Origin: the human T2T-CHM13v2.0 reference genome, Homo sapiens | DNA length: 64,000 nucleotides | Assembly (NCBI RefSeq): GCF_009914755.1 | Contig: NC_060933.1 | Direction: 5' to 3' (one strand) | The notes under the pieces: generated by a model | Database searches by the model: none | Told to the model about the DNA's origin: nothing | The model's input: only the letters and a program-made list of their open reading frames with translations | Part shown: piece by piece, positions 27,572 to 42,230 of the stretch | Position numbering within the stretch: position 1 is the first letter of the stretch | How the letters are laid out: every line of letters starts with the position of its first letter | Made by a program: the position numbers and the translations under genes

Positions 27572-30500
27572 ATGCTTTATTGTTATATTTGATCCAATTG
27601 TTTGCAATAGGAGAGCCTACAATAGCTCAGATCTTGTTATAAGAATCAGAAATCTACGTTCTTTTTTAAAAAATAATTTACAAAACAATAAATGTTTATT
27701 TTTATTGTTTTTTAAGAGTTTTGTAAATAGCCGACTTCCTTAAGTCAAACTTCCGACACACCCTCAAAACAAACAAGGTGTAAGACCAAAATTAGCTGTT
27801 CTTTTGTCTTTTTTTTGAATTGCAAATATTGGATAGCCTTGTTTGAGGGGAAATATCTCTACTCGAAAGTCAATTCTCACACAGTATTTTGGCTGCATCA
27901 ATTGCTGTTACTTTATGCCACACAACACAGCACAGGTGGTCAATGTCACTGACATGGCATATCTGTAAAAATTTCTTGGATGAATGAATGAATAAATGAA
28001 TGAAAGAACAACCGAGCAAGGTGCAGGCAGCTCTTTGACAATTCACTTGTAATCTTTAAATCCCACAAACACAGAATTTGCCTGTCATCAAAAAGAGTGG
28101 AACAGACAGGAGGAAAAACTGTAAACAAGTCAAAATAAAAATAAGTGATGGATTTCCCATTTGTTTTATCACTCACAGAATGTTAGAGCTAGAATGGATC
28201 TCAAGGATGACCCAGGGCAATCTCCCACCCTAAATGCAAAAACCATGACCCAGAGTGACTAGCCTAAGAGCCATCACTAAAGCCCAGAACCCCACGCTTT
28301 TCACTATGGCAATTTGCCCGGTATTCCCTCAAACATCCCCCTCCCTTACAAAGCAGGAACGATTTTTACTGGGGAGCTGTCCTTGTGCTTGGTTCACAGG
28401 AAGACAAAGACTACTCAACTGTTTAGAAAATATTTCAAAAGCTACTTAGAGACAAATGGACATCCCCAGGCAATATTCTTGGCAGCAAATCAAGTGAGGT
28501 CCCATAGAGTCCATGTAATTTTCATCCTTGGGTCACTTTGAGATGATGACAATAGAATAAACAGAATAAGGGAGAGTATGGCTGGTCTAGAGGCACCCGG
28601 CACTTCTAGAGATCTAGGGAGCAACAATTCCAGAATAATCCTTGTGATTATCTCATTCCTAAGGCAAAATAGCGTCCAAGTTAAATCTTAAGCAGTTCAG
28701 TGAACAGGAAGGTATTTCTACCTCCTCTCCTCCTGCTGGGGACAACTGGGATGAGAAGCCTTGTCCCCCCGCCTCCACCCTCTTATAGCTCCCTGCCATG
28801 GGAGGAGTCACTTATCCGACTGGTCAGAGCCCAGGACAAGCAGTTAGCTGTGCTCGCTGGTGGGCGGCATCGCTGTGCCTTGCGGCTCAGAAGCCCTTCT
28901 CTGGAACTTCAAGCTTCTACACGCTTCAGGTTTCCCATAGGAAGGCCCAGTTAAGTCCGTCTCTCAGTTCCATCTTCCCCTCCTGCAACTGGGTGGGTAA
29001 GCCAGGGAGGGTCTGCTCTACAGGGCAGTCAGTTTGGGAAATAACGTGCCAGAAGCTTCACTTTAGGTCTCCTCTAAGGGGTGCTTAAGTTAAGCCTAAG
29101 TGGTACTGCGCAACTCAGGTTTTCAGAGCCCCTAGAAACGGTTGGGAAGGTATGGAGTGAGTATTTGGGTACTTGTTCAGTACCCAAATCAATACCTTGT
29201 CCATTTTTGCTAGGTTGGCAACCCTACAGAGGAAGAATAAGAAAGAAGATTCAAAGCTCCAACCAAACCCCAACTCTTCCTTTCCACAAAAGCAGAGCCT
29301 TACAAATAGTGTGCCAAGATATCAAACTCTGTCAGCCTTTGGATGACCAGGGGACATGTGGGGAAGCTAAAGCCTGTAGGCCAGTTGCCTCCAGCCACGA
29401 GCATCCTGTTTATCCCAGTGTGTTACGCAAATATTAACACTTTCTATGCGTGCTATGGTAATTGGGAAGTCCTGAACAAAAGCGCATCCAGCCTACCATC
29501 TCCTTCTTTAATCTCTAAAACATATGACTTCTCCCTCCTTCAAGTCCCCAAGTCCCTGCCTACCAAGCTCCCACCAGAGAAGTCAACGCAAACTACGAAA
29601 TTCTTATTCTCATCAAGAGTTGAGCTGATGCAGTCGATGGTGACCACTGGAGGCACCTTCCAATAGACTGAAACTTTTCCACCTAAGGAGGACATTTTCC
29701 CAGGGGTACCCTCTGGGTGGCAGGAGGTCTCAAAGCCCCAAAGCGTATCTTCCCAGAGCATCAAGTTGGAAAATCTAAGAAGAGCTACCCTAGAGGGTCT
29801 GGGATTTTTTCTTAGTTAAGTTGGGCTATCAGAAAAGCTGCTTTCTTGAGCCTCATGGTCACAGTAGCCCTGCCCCTGCAGAAATGCACTGATTAGCATG
29901 TGGGCGTCATACTCATCCATAAGACAAGCTCTATACAACCTACTGCAGGGCCTCTAAATGTGCTGTTGAGGACCGTGACCATTGCCTCACTGGTCTACCC
30001 ACTGAAAACCCATGTGAAAATTTCCTTCCACTCTAAATGTCAGGAAAAAAAAAATGGCTTCCATTAAGGAACTGGACTCTCCTCCACTGGTGGACAATGA
30101 GAAGAACACAACTGATTGCATTTCCCATTTTGCTTTGACCATCAGGAAGCTCAGAATCAAATTCAAGCTAACTCTAGGAACTACGGGGGCCTGGCTGGAG
30201 ACTTGGAGGGTTGGTGGGGGGAAGTGTGAGGAGGTGGGGGAGCAGAAGGGAAAGGAGAGAAGCCGTGCATGATGGGGCCACACTTTTTGGGCAATACTAC
30301 GGACTGGAGAGAAGCTAGACCCAGGCAGCCGTCTTCAGGGGTACAGCAACGTCGCTTATACCCTAGCAATCGCCTCCTGGTCCCCTAGCTCTCCGAGTCT
30401 CCTCACAGCTGCAAGAGTAATCTTCCACTCTGTGTTGGATTGGATCCTGATATTCCCTGATTTAAAATCTCACAGAGGCCTCTCTTGCTCTCAAGGTAAT

Positions 30501-33179
30501 ACAATCCAAGGCCCTGACCCCAGCACACAAGTCCCCTCGCACCTCACCAACTTACCACATACCACTTTCTGCTAATGTGCTGACCAGCCTACTCCTCCCC
30601 CATGGGACCTGGCCCTGAACTCCTGGGCAGAGGAAGCCAGATACTGTCTGGAGGCAGCAAGGCTGACAGCAGCCACCAGTATCCTGGCCCTGGCATCTTC
30701 ACCAGAACCCCAGCCCTGCTCCCTGCACTAGAGGAGCTGGAGTCATCCAATGGCCTCCCAAGACCCTGCAGTCCCCACCCCTTTGCTGCTCAGGGCCATG
30801 GCTCCTGTGATGCAGACTGACCCTCTTTGTCCACCCTAGTGAGGATTCCTCGGGGGAACTGCCCTTCAGTGCCCCTTCCGGTGCTTCAGTGTAAAAGATC
30901 TTCTCTACTCCTTCCCCTCTTCCCACCAGACCCTTCTCATTCTTCTTATCTTAGAATCATTCTTTCAGGTTGGAAAGGCATTGGCATTTAGATAATTAAG
31001 CTCTCTGGATTCTTAAACTTCTAAAACCACATGTATGAAAATGGATAGATTCTACTTGCATGCCTCCAGCAATGGGAAGCTCACTACTTAACAAGGAGGC
31101 CCATTCCACTGTCAGAAAGCTTGGGCTATTAGTGAGTTCTTTTAGCCTGTCTTCTTCCTTGCCCACAACCTCAAGCCTTCTCTTCATCAGACCAAATGGC
31201 CCAAATTTCTCCAGTCATTCTTCCTAGGTAAGAATTTTCAGTTGCCTCTTCCGCACAAACTCTACTTTTGCAAAGGAGGAGCTTGGCCCTGAGCACAGCC
31301 CCACGAGGAGAGAGGCAGGGTGAGAGGAACAGAACCAGCTCAGAGGAGAATGGGACAGTCACCACCCTAGACTTCTGTTTATGCCTCCTGAGATCACACT
31401 GGTTCATGTGGCCGTGCTAGCACCTCCTAACTCATGCTCAGCTGCTTGCATGATCAAATTGAACCCCCAGGTTGCATCTCCAGGAAACTATCCATCTCTA
31501 AGAGTCAGTGGGCAGCCTGTGCTGCAACTGGGGGGTACCCCAATGGCCACCAGCCTGGGCTCTGGAGGCAAGGACCTGGCTTATGATCTTGGCCCCATAT
31601 TTACTGTGTGCCCTTGGCTAAGCCACTGTACTCATCTCACCAAGCCTCAGCTACTCTGCCTGCACAACGGGGATGATGGGAGTTGTTGTGACTTGGTAAT
31701 GAGGTGGGGTAAGTAAGAGTCTTTTCAGAACAGAGCCAGGCATGCCATAAGCAATGAATACATAGTAGCTACAGCAATTACTACAGCAATCACTAAAACC
31801 CAATATATTTATGAGCTCAGATAAGAGACAAGTTGGTGCAGGCCGAATTGGTGCAGGGCCATTGAAGGCCTCACAGGGCAGGCAGGACTCCTCCTGGGCC
31901 CGGACAGGGTAGGATTTAGAAACAGGCTGAAAGAATGTTCCAGGCAGGGAAGCAGTGAGCAGCAGCTTAGAGAGTGAGCCACAAAATTAAGAAAGTAATA
32001 ACTGTAGTACCTGTCACGAAACACGCTCAGAGCCTCACCTGGGATTCACACGTTCATGCACATACACACATGCGCACGCCAGCCCTGGGAGAGGCTGGGT
32101 CATGGGCAGCAGCCCCCTTGGACACAGGAGCAGCCCAGCCTGTGTGGGCAGTGAAAGGTCAGGCCTGGCCACAGCCCGAGGGTCTTGTGAGCAAGCAGAG
32201 GGACATGGGGACGGTGAAGGGGCGTGATGGGGATGAAGGTCCGGGGTTGGGTTTCAATGGTGGGAAACCATGAGGAACTCTTATAGGAGGTAGGCTTCAA
32301 GAAGAAAGAGATCCAACGGTAGTCGCAGGAACAGGACGAGAGGCAAGAAGTCCCAGTGAAGGTTGCTTCCAAGGTGAGCAGAATAATCCAGGCCACAGAT
32401 CCCGGGCTCTGGGACACACTGCCCTCAAAGCAGTCACACCTCATCTCTGCGTTCCACCCCTCTGTGGTTGAGGTCCCCTCCTGCTCCTCCACCCCATTGT
32501 ACCTGACTTCCTTTCACTGACCCCCATTTCAACCATCCAGGCCCCCTTGCAGCTCCCTGCCCACACCTGCATTCCTCTCTTCCCACAGTCCTTTGCCTGT
32601 GCTGCTCCTTCGGCCTAGAATGCCTTCTCCAGCCCGCCATCTGCTATTGCCACGGGGCTGCATTCTGCCCTTCCCTCAAGGCACCTCCTCCAGGAAGCCT
32701 TCCTCTTTCTCAGCCTGGCCCACCTGTCTCCCCACCTCCTCCTCTCCTCCTCTCCTCCTCATGGTGGGACACAGATCCATAATGAAGGAAAATGAGCTCT
32801 CTGAAGAAAAAAACCACATCCTCTTTCTCCCCAGGGTACCCAGCCCTTTTTCTGCCTCATGGTCGAGGTTCAGGCCATCCCTGATGACCAAGCTCAACAT
32901 GCTCAGAAGCACAAACCAGCCCCTTCCCAGGAACAGGATGCCCACAGGAGAAGGCAATGCTGTTCGGCCCACCAGCCTGGAGAGGTGCCACCACTGAGGG
33001 GGCAAAGCAGCTGATGAGAGCAGGAGGCATTTCTAGTGGTTTTCTCTGTTAGACAAGGGGCAGATCTTCTCCCAGTTTAACCTCCTGTGACCTTTGAACT
33101 CCCTGGGAGGTCAGCAGCACATCCCCTTCCCCAGCTGTCTCTCTGTCTCTGGCCCAATGGGAGGGAGGGCCCTGGCCCG

Positions 33180-33730
33180 TTCCATTTTGCACCCGTATTG
33201 ATCTATTGGCAGCAATGGGATGGATAATTAGCCAGGAATTAGGGTTTCTATTACAGCCAGGAGGCTGCTCCAGCTGATTTATCACCTGAATAATTTACTG
33301 TGATTGAAAGGAAATTAAAATGAACTCCATTTGACAACTGTGAGCTTTTATGGGCTTTAGTGAAGGCTCAAAAGCCAGATTAATAGCCTGGTGTTGGTTA
33401 ATAGTCTGCCGAGAGTAAATACGGCAGGCTATGCTCCGTAGCCTTCCTGTGGCCGCCGGAGGAGGGACCCGCTCCCAACAGGAGCGCTGCGCCGACGACA
33501 ACGTCAACGGGAGTTTTACTGAAACAGATACCACTGTTGGAAACATACACACACACACGCACGCACATACACACGTGCACGCACACACACTCGCCACCAG
33601 CAGCTTTCTTTTCTTTTCTTCCTCCAACGTGATTTTTACTCACTCCATATGTAGGGAAAACAGAATTGCTTTTTCAATAACCGTTTTGAAAAGGAAGTGT
33701 TTCATTGCCCAGGCGTGGTCAACATTAACG
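33180..33730. promoter_or_regulatory. Candidate conserved non-coding element with a small CpG-rich patch and an alternating purine-pyrimidine tract
   Basis: Repeat-free. Contains TAATTA, CAGCTGATTTATCACCTG, TTTTATGG and TGATTG motifs, a CpG cluster at 33410-33510 and a (CA/CG)n tract at 33544-33592. Confidence 0.55.
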
Positions 33731-35744
33731 CCTTCCACCCAGGGCAAAGCGTTTACTACATTTCCCTACAAAAGCCAGCAGCCTGGGCCCACCCACCCAG
33801 GTAGATCTTGGCGGGAAAAGCTGCAAGTGGGGCAGGCTCCGAGCTAACAGCAGTAACTGTCAGGACCCCTGCCTGGCCCCAATGAGGAATGTTCTTCCCA
33901 TGGGAGACAGGGTGGGAGGATCCGGGAGGATGTGGCCTCTCCAAACCTATGGCAAGTTCTGAGAGTTCTGGAATGACAGGCAGACTCTGACTGAAATAGG
34001 CCAGGTCTGGAAACCAGCTAGCCAGAAAACTGGCCCCTGGAATCGTCCTGGACCTGGAGGCCCATGGAACCATCTTGCATGAGATGAAGACAGAAGACCC
34101 TGAGATGAGATTCCAGCTCTGCGGTTCAACAATCTTGGAAACTCCTTGAATAAACAATCTGTGAAAAAAAATGTTCTAGTCTATACAATGGGGCTCCCGA
34201 ATCATGCCCAGCCTGTTTGGCAGGCATTTGCCTCGGGGGTCCAATGAGAGGATGGATGTGAACGGTCTTTGTGAACTGAACGCTGTGGTGTGTAGGTGAG
34301 GAGGATCGCTGTCGTCACGTTCGGTTTCGGCTGCTGCAGCTGTTCTTGTTGTTGTCGTCATCAAAATCATGATCACTTCTACCACAGATATGGAAACTGA
34401 GGCCCAGAAAAATAGTGACTTGCTCGGCAGGGCAGAGCTAGGACTCAAATCAAGCTTCCCGACCCCAAGGCCAGTAAGTGCTCTTTGTTCCCCACCAAGC
34501 TGCTCAGCGAAAGTGACAGCAAGGCCCCCATCCAGGGCACTAGGCCACAGAGACACACACTGAGACAGCTCAATCTGCTCGAAAATGGAAGAGGCAGCCA
34601 GCCTCCGCGGCCAGCACCTCAGGCCCCCTTCCTGTCACCACCGCCATGCCACGCTGGGGCTCACAGGCGAGGCCTGTGGAACATTCACCTCTTGGAGAGC
34701 TAGCATGAGGGGCTCAAGGAACCTGTACCCTTGACTGACATCCCTTCCCAGCCTGCGGCCCCTTGCTCAGGCATCATTTGTCCAAAGTGATTGGGAATCG
34801 GGCACGAGGGTATGTCATTCATAGTCCAGTGCCTGTGTGTGGGTGCAGGGCAGCCCCGTCTCCTCACCTTCCATCTCTCCTCATTAAAACACATTACAGG
34901 GAGGTGAAGCAGATTAACCAGAAAACACTGGGTCAGTCATTATCCTGCCACACAGTTCGCCTGCAGTCGCCGTCTCAGAGCGCACAGTCAGAGACAGGCC
35001 TGCAGACGTGCCTGCTCATTCTGAAGGACACTGGAGATGCTGAGTCCTCACAGAGTTTGTAATCAGGTCTCCTCCCCATCAGACCCCATCTCTCCATGAG
35101 CCCATGGGACCTGTCCTTCAAGCCCCCCATCCAACACTGCCCCCTCAGTGCCATTGTCCTTGATGCTCCCAACCCAGGTAACATCCCCCTCTCTGGCTGA
35201 CACCTCATCAGGACCCTCTGAACAGTCTCTCTTGTCCTGCGGGCTCTGAGTCCACAGCACGCTGCCCCTGCGAGACTGGACAGAGCTGATGAGCACTTGG
35301 CACTGTGCCTGGCTCCCAGCCCACGTTCAGGGAAGAAGTTAGAGGAGTGGCATGTGAGCAGGTGAGTGAGTGAATCCATGGGCGGCTTCCAGACCACTCA
35401 GGGATGAGGTCTTGCAGGCTGCGTGGTCTTCCTGGGCACTCTGAGCTAAAGGAGTTATGGTGCAGATTCTGAGTCTCCATGACGGTCATGTGAAACACAG
35501 AGGGAGTCTCACACGGAGTGTCTGTGTGAATAAGGGGTTCACAGAAACACTTGTGCTGCAGAGGCCAGGTGGAGTGCAGAGGCCTGGATCCCCGCTCTTC
35601 CCTGTTCACTTGCTGGGTGACCTCAGACATGCCCTGTCCTCTCTCTGGGCCTCTAAAAAAACAACAGGTTGAAATCTTGCCTCTGTGGCTCCTGTTACCC
35701 CTAAAATTACATGATCTTGTCAGCCATTAGAAGATAAACTTTCT

Positions 35745-36356
<612 letters not shown>

Positions 36357-36579
36357 AGAAGATAAACTTTCTTCCACATTCTGGAGGGAAGGACAGGCCT
36401 CATCCAGGAAGGTTTCCTGATCGAGGCCCCTCTCACTCTCCTCCCGTGTCAGAGAAAATGTGCCTTCTGCCGTCTCTCAGAAGGGCTCTGAGCAGAGCAG
36501 AGAGGGTGCTTGTGATAGAAACAGACTCTCCTCCCTGAAGTCCAAGATCTAGAGTGTGTGGGGGCGGCTATGCCCAGCA

Positions 36580-37120
36580 CCATAACCATGTCCTACCCAA
36601 CAGAGGTGTCACTCGACTTGTAAGAGAAAGACTAAAATCCTCAACCCAGTCTACAAGACCAGGCCCACCTCCCCAGCATCATCGCCCGCCCATCCCTGAG
36701 CCACAACCACACCGGCTCTCTCCATTCCTCGTTCCTGCCGCCTTCCTCTCAACTCAGGGCCTTTGCACTTGCTGTCCCCTCTGCCAGGCACTTTCCCTCC
36801 ACCCCCACACCCCTTCTCCTTGCTCCACTCAACCCCTTCAGGCTCAGCATAAATACCTTTCCCCCAGGAGGCCACTGAGGCCTCCAGGCTGGCTCAGCCT
36901 TTCCTTTAGGCTCTCAGAGAACCTCAGACACCTCCTCCTTAGCACCAAGCGCACCTGTAACCCATGACCCTTTAGGTAATTCTTCTATTGGGATTCTTCC
37001 ACAAGTCTGTAGGCTCCCTGAGGGGAGGTCCAAGACCATCTTGTTCACTGATGTGACCCAGTGCATGGCTCCAGGCCTTGCACAAAGTAAACACTCATCA
37101 TATTTGTTATGTGAATGCGT
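36580..37120 (+). mobile_element. L2 fragment
   Basis: ctcagggcctttgcacttgctgt...ctgtaggctccctgagggg...atatttgttatgtgaatg, an L2 3' region. Confidence 0.7.
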
Positions 37121-37811
37121 CTTGCAGCGTGGCCTTAGGCAAGTTGCTCTGCCTCTCTGGACCTTGGTTTTACCATCTGAAAACAAAGTGGCTAGAAGGT
37201 CTGTAAGAGCTCTCATAGAAACTGCTCAGACACAGACAGACTGTCATAGATGGGTGGCCCCAGAGGCCCTGCTCTTCCCTCACCACACGGTTCTCTCCAG
37301 CACCTCGCCTCTCCATGGGAGCTGTGCAGGGAGGCTACACTGCTTGGACTGACTTTTTGGAGAAGATTCAGAAGCATCCTCTAATTAGCATTTAGAGGAA
37401 GCTCAGTGCAGCCAGTTCTCACCACTAGTACCAGCGAGGAAAGTGCCGAGGAAAGTTGTTGTCTGTAGGGTCTCTCTGGTTGGCCCACCAGGTGGGAGCT
37501 CTTGGCAGTCCAGAGCCATGTCTAGCCTGCAAGGTTACCTGTCAAGGCCCTGGCACACACTGGGTGTCAGGAAATAGTCTTATGAACTGAATCTGATAGT
37601 CCAGAGATCTTAGTCAGGCCTCAAGAGCCTCTCACTGGGCCGAGCCTCGTGATCTCATCTCTATAGCCACAGGTAGTGACTACTCTGCCCAGGGTATAGC
37701 AGACAGCCGGTCAGCCAGGGCTGGTCCTCCTGCTTTCTCCCTCTCTTGCAAATAACCCAGGTGGGAGTTTGTGCAATGAGACATTTCTTTATCTCCAGAA
37801 TTTTGGATTCA

Positions 37812-38546
<735 letters not shown>

Positions 38547-38959
38547 CTATGAAGAGGACCTGACCCCAACTCCCTCCCTGACCAGAGAATACACCAGCAG
38601 GGGCTCAGGTAAGGCACTGCCTTTCCCAAGGTCACCTGCTGGTAAGTTCAGAGTCAGCCTCCCGCAGCCATGTGCCAGGGACTGTGCAAAGCCCTTTTGA
38701 CAGGCATCATGTCATCTAATCCTCATGATGACCCTCAAGGTAGGTTATTTTCCCCACTTTGCAGATGAGAAGACTGAGACCTAGAGAGATTTATTGGTTT
38801 GCCTGAGGATTTGAGCTTGGGCTGACCCACAGGCTTAGTCATCCGGTGCTCCTGCCCCTCCTGTCCTAAAGACCTTCCCGGGAGGTACAGTTTTTCCCAG
38901 AGTTGAGGTCCTTACCCTGGACATTTGCTACCACATCATGTGACCGGTCAGTGAAACAC

Positions 38960-39580
38960 TGTGCTAGGAAGACTGTAGGAAAACGGGACTCTCATACAAT
39001 TCTGGTGGAAGTGGTAACAACACCTGTGCTAGACAAGTCGACAAATCTATCAAAGCCACAAATGCACATTCCCTTTGATATAGCGATTGCACTTCTGGGA
39101 ATTTATTTTACAGCTCAACTTACACATGTGAGAAGTGATGTATGTACAAGGTTCTTGTAGCAAAAGACTGGAAACAACCCAAGAGTTTATTTGTGGGGGG
39201 TTGGTTAACTCAGCCAGGCATACTTGCATAATGGAAAACTGTGCAGCAGCTGAAAAGGAATGAGGCTTCCTTCTGTGAATTGATATGAAAAGATCTTCAA
39301 GATACATTGTTATGTTAAAAAATAAAAAACAAGGTACAGCACAGCATGTATAATGTACAACCTTTTGTGTAAAAAAGGAAGAAAATAAGACGATGTGCAA
39401 TATAAATCTCTCCAAAGGATATATGAGAAACATTTACAGTGGTTGCTCATTCAGGGAGGTAGGAAGTGAGTGAGTGGAGGTGAGGGGGAGAGACTTTTCA
39501 TGGCATGTTTTTCTTTGGTTTGGTTTGGTTTCAGAAGTTTGAATGTACCGCTTATTACAAAATGTAAATTAACTAAGTAT
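38960..39580 (+). mobile_element. Old L1ME-type 3' region
   Basis: gcacattccctttgatatagcgattgcacttctgggaatttat ... aaaagactggaaacaaccc. Confidence 0.75.
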
Positions 39581-40652
39581 AAGATTAAATTCCCTCTGTG
39601 TTCTGTATTGTTAGCTATTCACACTGTAACAGTCTCTGGTGATGATGCTTACATGTCAAAAGAAATATTACGAATTATCAATAAAGAAACAAATGGGATG
39701 AAATATCATCTGTTGAGTCTCAAGCTTGAACTGTTCAAAATAAAATCAAGCACAGAGGGCAAATATTTCCCGTGAGGAAATGGCCTCGGGGGTACATCAT
39801 TCCCCAGGGCTCTCTGGGACCATATTGCTCACGCAAGGCTGACCAGAGGCTTCTTGAAACCCAGGCCCAGAGGTGAGGCATCTGCCTTTGCAGTCAGGAA
39901 GCCCTGGGGAAAACCAGCGTGGGTCTGCTCTCATGCTGAAAGGTGCCCTTACTCAAGGCCTTGTCTGACCCCTGCCCCCACCAGTGCACTGCTGCCCTAG
40001 ACTAGACTTCATCCGTCACGTCAAGCTCCCACCCATGTGAGGAATGAGGCCAGACTAAAGACCATGAAGCAGTGAGATGTGGTGTCACCAAGACTCAGTC
40101 AGAAGTCAATGCTTCCTCAACTCTACTTATCTAGGGACAACTGCAATGCAGGGCTGACATTTGAACAAAGATAGCAGCTTTGAGTTTTGGCCTTTCGGAT
40201 CCCTCGTAGAAGCCAACAGGCTCAGAGGACCCAGCATCCTCTATAGGAAGGGCCTTCGGAGGCAGCTCATGAGCCCTCTGAGAAAATGGATTCCCCACCA
40301 ATTTTGACCCAAGAGGATACTGTAGGCTGGGCCACAGCCTGAGTGACCAGATACCCCCCACATGTGGGCCAAGGCAGAAGTTGGTCTCTCTGACCAACGT
40401 TCCCCAGCCTGAAGCCTAGGCCCCTCCTCTGGCAGCCCATGACCTTGGCCTTCCACAAGACAGGTGCCTGCTCCTGCCCACAGGACATCATCCTCAGAGA
40501 CCCTTCTCCCATCATGGCCCATCCCCATGGGGACCATTCCCACAAGGTCACCTAGACTAGCAGGTATGGGAGCTCACGGCCCAGTCTATCTGCCCAGCAG
40601 TGTTCTTCCATTGGTCAGCACCCACCAAACGATCCTTTTCTCAAAGGTTCTA

Positions 40653-40697
40653 TGCACACACACACATGCACACACACATGCACACGCACACGCACAC
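40653..40697. repeat. Interrupted (CA)n microsatellite
   Basis: Read directly from the sequence. Confidence 0.9.
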
Positions 40698-41689
40698 CAG
40701 GAAAGATGGCTCAGTTTTTCCTACTCAGCTGTGGCTCTGCCCAGTCATCCTGGTCCCAGTCACTCTTGCTAAAGCGTGACGTGGGCCTTGGTCCCCAGGA
40801 CACCACCAAGTTCCTCCTTGTCAGAAGGGGCCCATCCACTTTCAAGAGCTTCTCCCTCCACCAGCTTCAGTTATACTTCCCAGCCCTGACCCTGCCAGCT
40901 GGGCCCAAAACTCAGTGAAGCCTCCTTCCTGTCAGCCATCTCCTAACAACTCCCTCTGAGGCCTGGCTCTGTCCCCAGCAGGGCAGTGCCCAGCTCCTCC
41001 GGCCCACCCAGGCTGCTCCATCAGATCCCCTCAACTCTGCCCCTCTAGGGGGCGTCTCTTCAGCCAGCCAGGCCATCCTCCCAGAGGAGTCCTCAGGCTT
41101 GATCCCTCTCCCCCAGGACTCATGGGCCAGGCTCTTTCCACAGCTCAGAGCCCAAAGTTCAGAGAGGGTGGCTCCACTGAGGGCCCCTGGGGGCAAGGTC
41201 ACTGTCTGGTCACCCAGTAGAGCCCAGCACAGAGTAAAGGCTCAGGGCACACAGGCCCTCAAGTGTACACACAGGGGGTGTTAGGAGACCCTCCCCCTGA
41301 GGACACCACACAGACTCAGCACAGGCAGCCTCGCTGGACATGCGCCCCTCTCTGCAGTCTCCCCAGAAGCAGACTGGCTGCGTCCTGCTCTGGTTCTTTG
41401 AGAGTCAGCCATAGCCTCTGCCAGCTGAGCCTGTAAGGATATCTAGGCTGCCAGGCGCCGTGGCTCATGCCTGTAATTCTGGCACCTGGGAGGCCGAGGT
41501 GGGTGGACTGCCCTCGAAGGGCTGCGAGCTGGGCAGAGCCTGCCTCTCCGGGCATTCACCCTGTCCCGCGATTCCCCTCACCACTCTCACCCCACCAGCA
41601 CCTCGCTTGCTTTCTTTACTAGGGAAATAATGGCAATAGTGTCTGTCATTTCCTTAAGAAGGATTTGGACACTCCAAAACACATAATTA

Positions 41690-42230
41690 GTTATTCATTG
41701 GTTTAACAAATATTGATAAAATATTTACTCTGTATCAGGTAATATTTTTTAAGTAAATATATTTTAAAAATAAACAAAAACAGGGGATACAGTGATGACC
41801 AAGACAAGCCTCTCTCTCTCCAGTCTAGAGAGGGCAGCCCACTTTAGTCAAGTGATCACAGGAATAAACATAGGATTACAAACAACGGTGACTGATGCTA
41901 GGGTGAAAAGAGAGCATAAAAATATATCCATGTGACCATGTGTAATGGAGAGGGGAGTGGCCTCCTGTGGGAGGAATCAGGGAAGTCTCCAAGAGGAACT
42001 GCATGGAACCGTGAGGAGTGACCAGGGAGAGGGGATGGGGCAGAGAGGGTGCCAGACTGAGGAGATGCTCGTACAAAGGCCCTGAGAGAAGGGGGTGAAA
42101 GGAACAGAGGGAGAGAGGGAAGAGGCCCCAGGAGAATCTGGAGAGGCTGGGAGGGATTGAGCCAGACAGCCCCAGGGGCCAGAGAGAGGATCTGAGCCTT
42201 GCTGCAGGAGTCTTGAGGAGCTACGGGAAG
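41690..42230 (-). mobile_element. L2 fragment
   Basis: ttattcattggtttaacaaatattga ... agtctagagagggcag ... cagggaagtctccaagagga, an antisense L2 pattern. Confidence 0.6.

Noticed and set aside
27761-27849. Imperfect inverted repeat ccctcaaaacaaacaagg / ccttgtttgaggg as a possible pre-miRNA
   Set aside because: Short stem with a ~58-nt unpaired loop, which is not pre-miRNA geometry. I recognise no miRNA, tRNA or snoRNA in the window.
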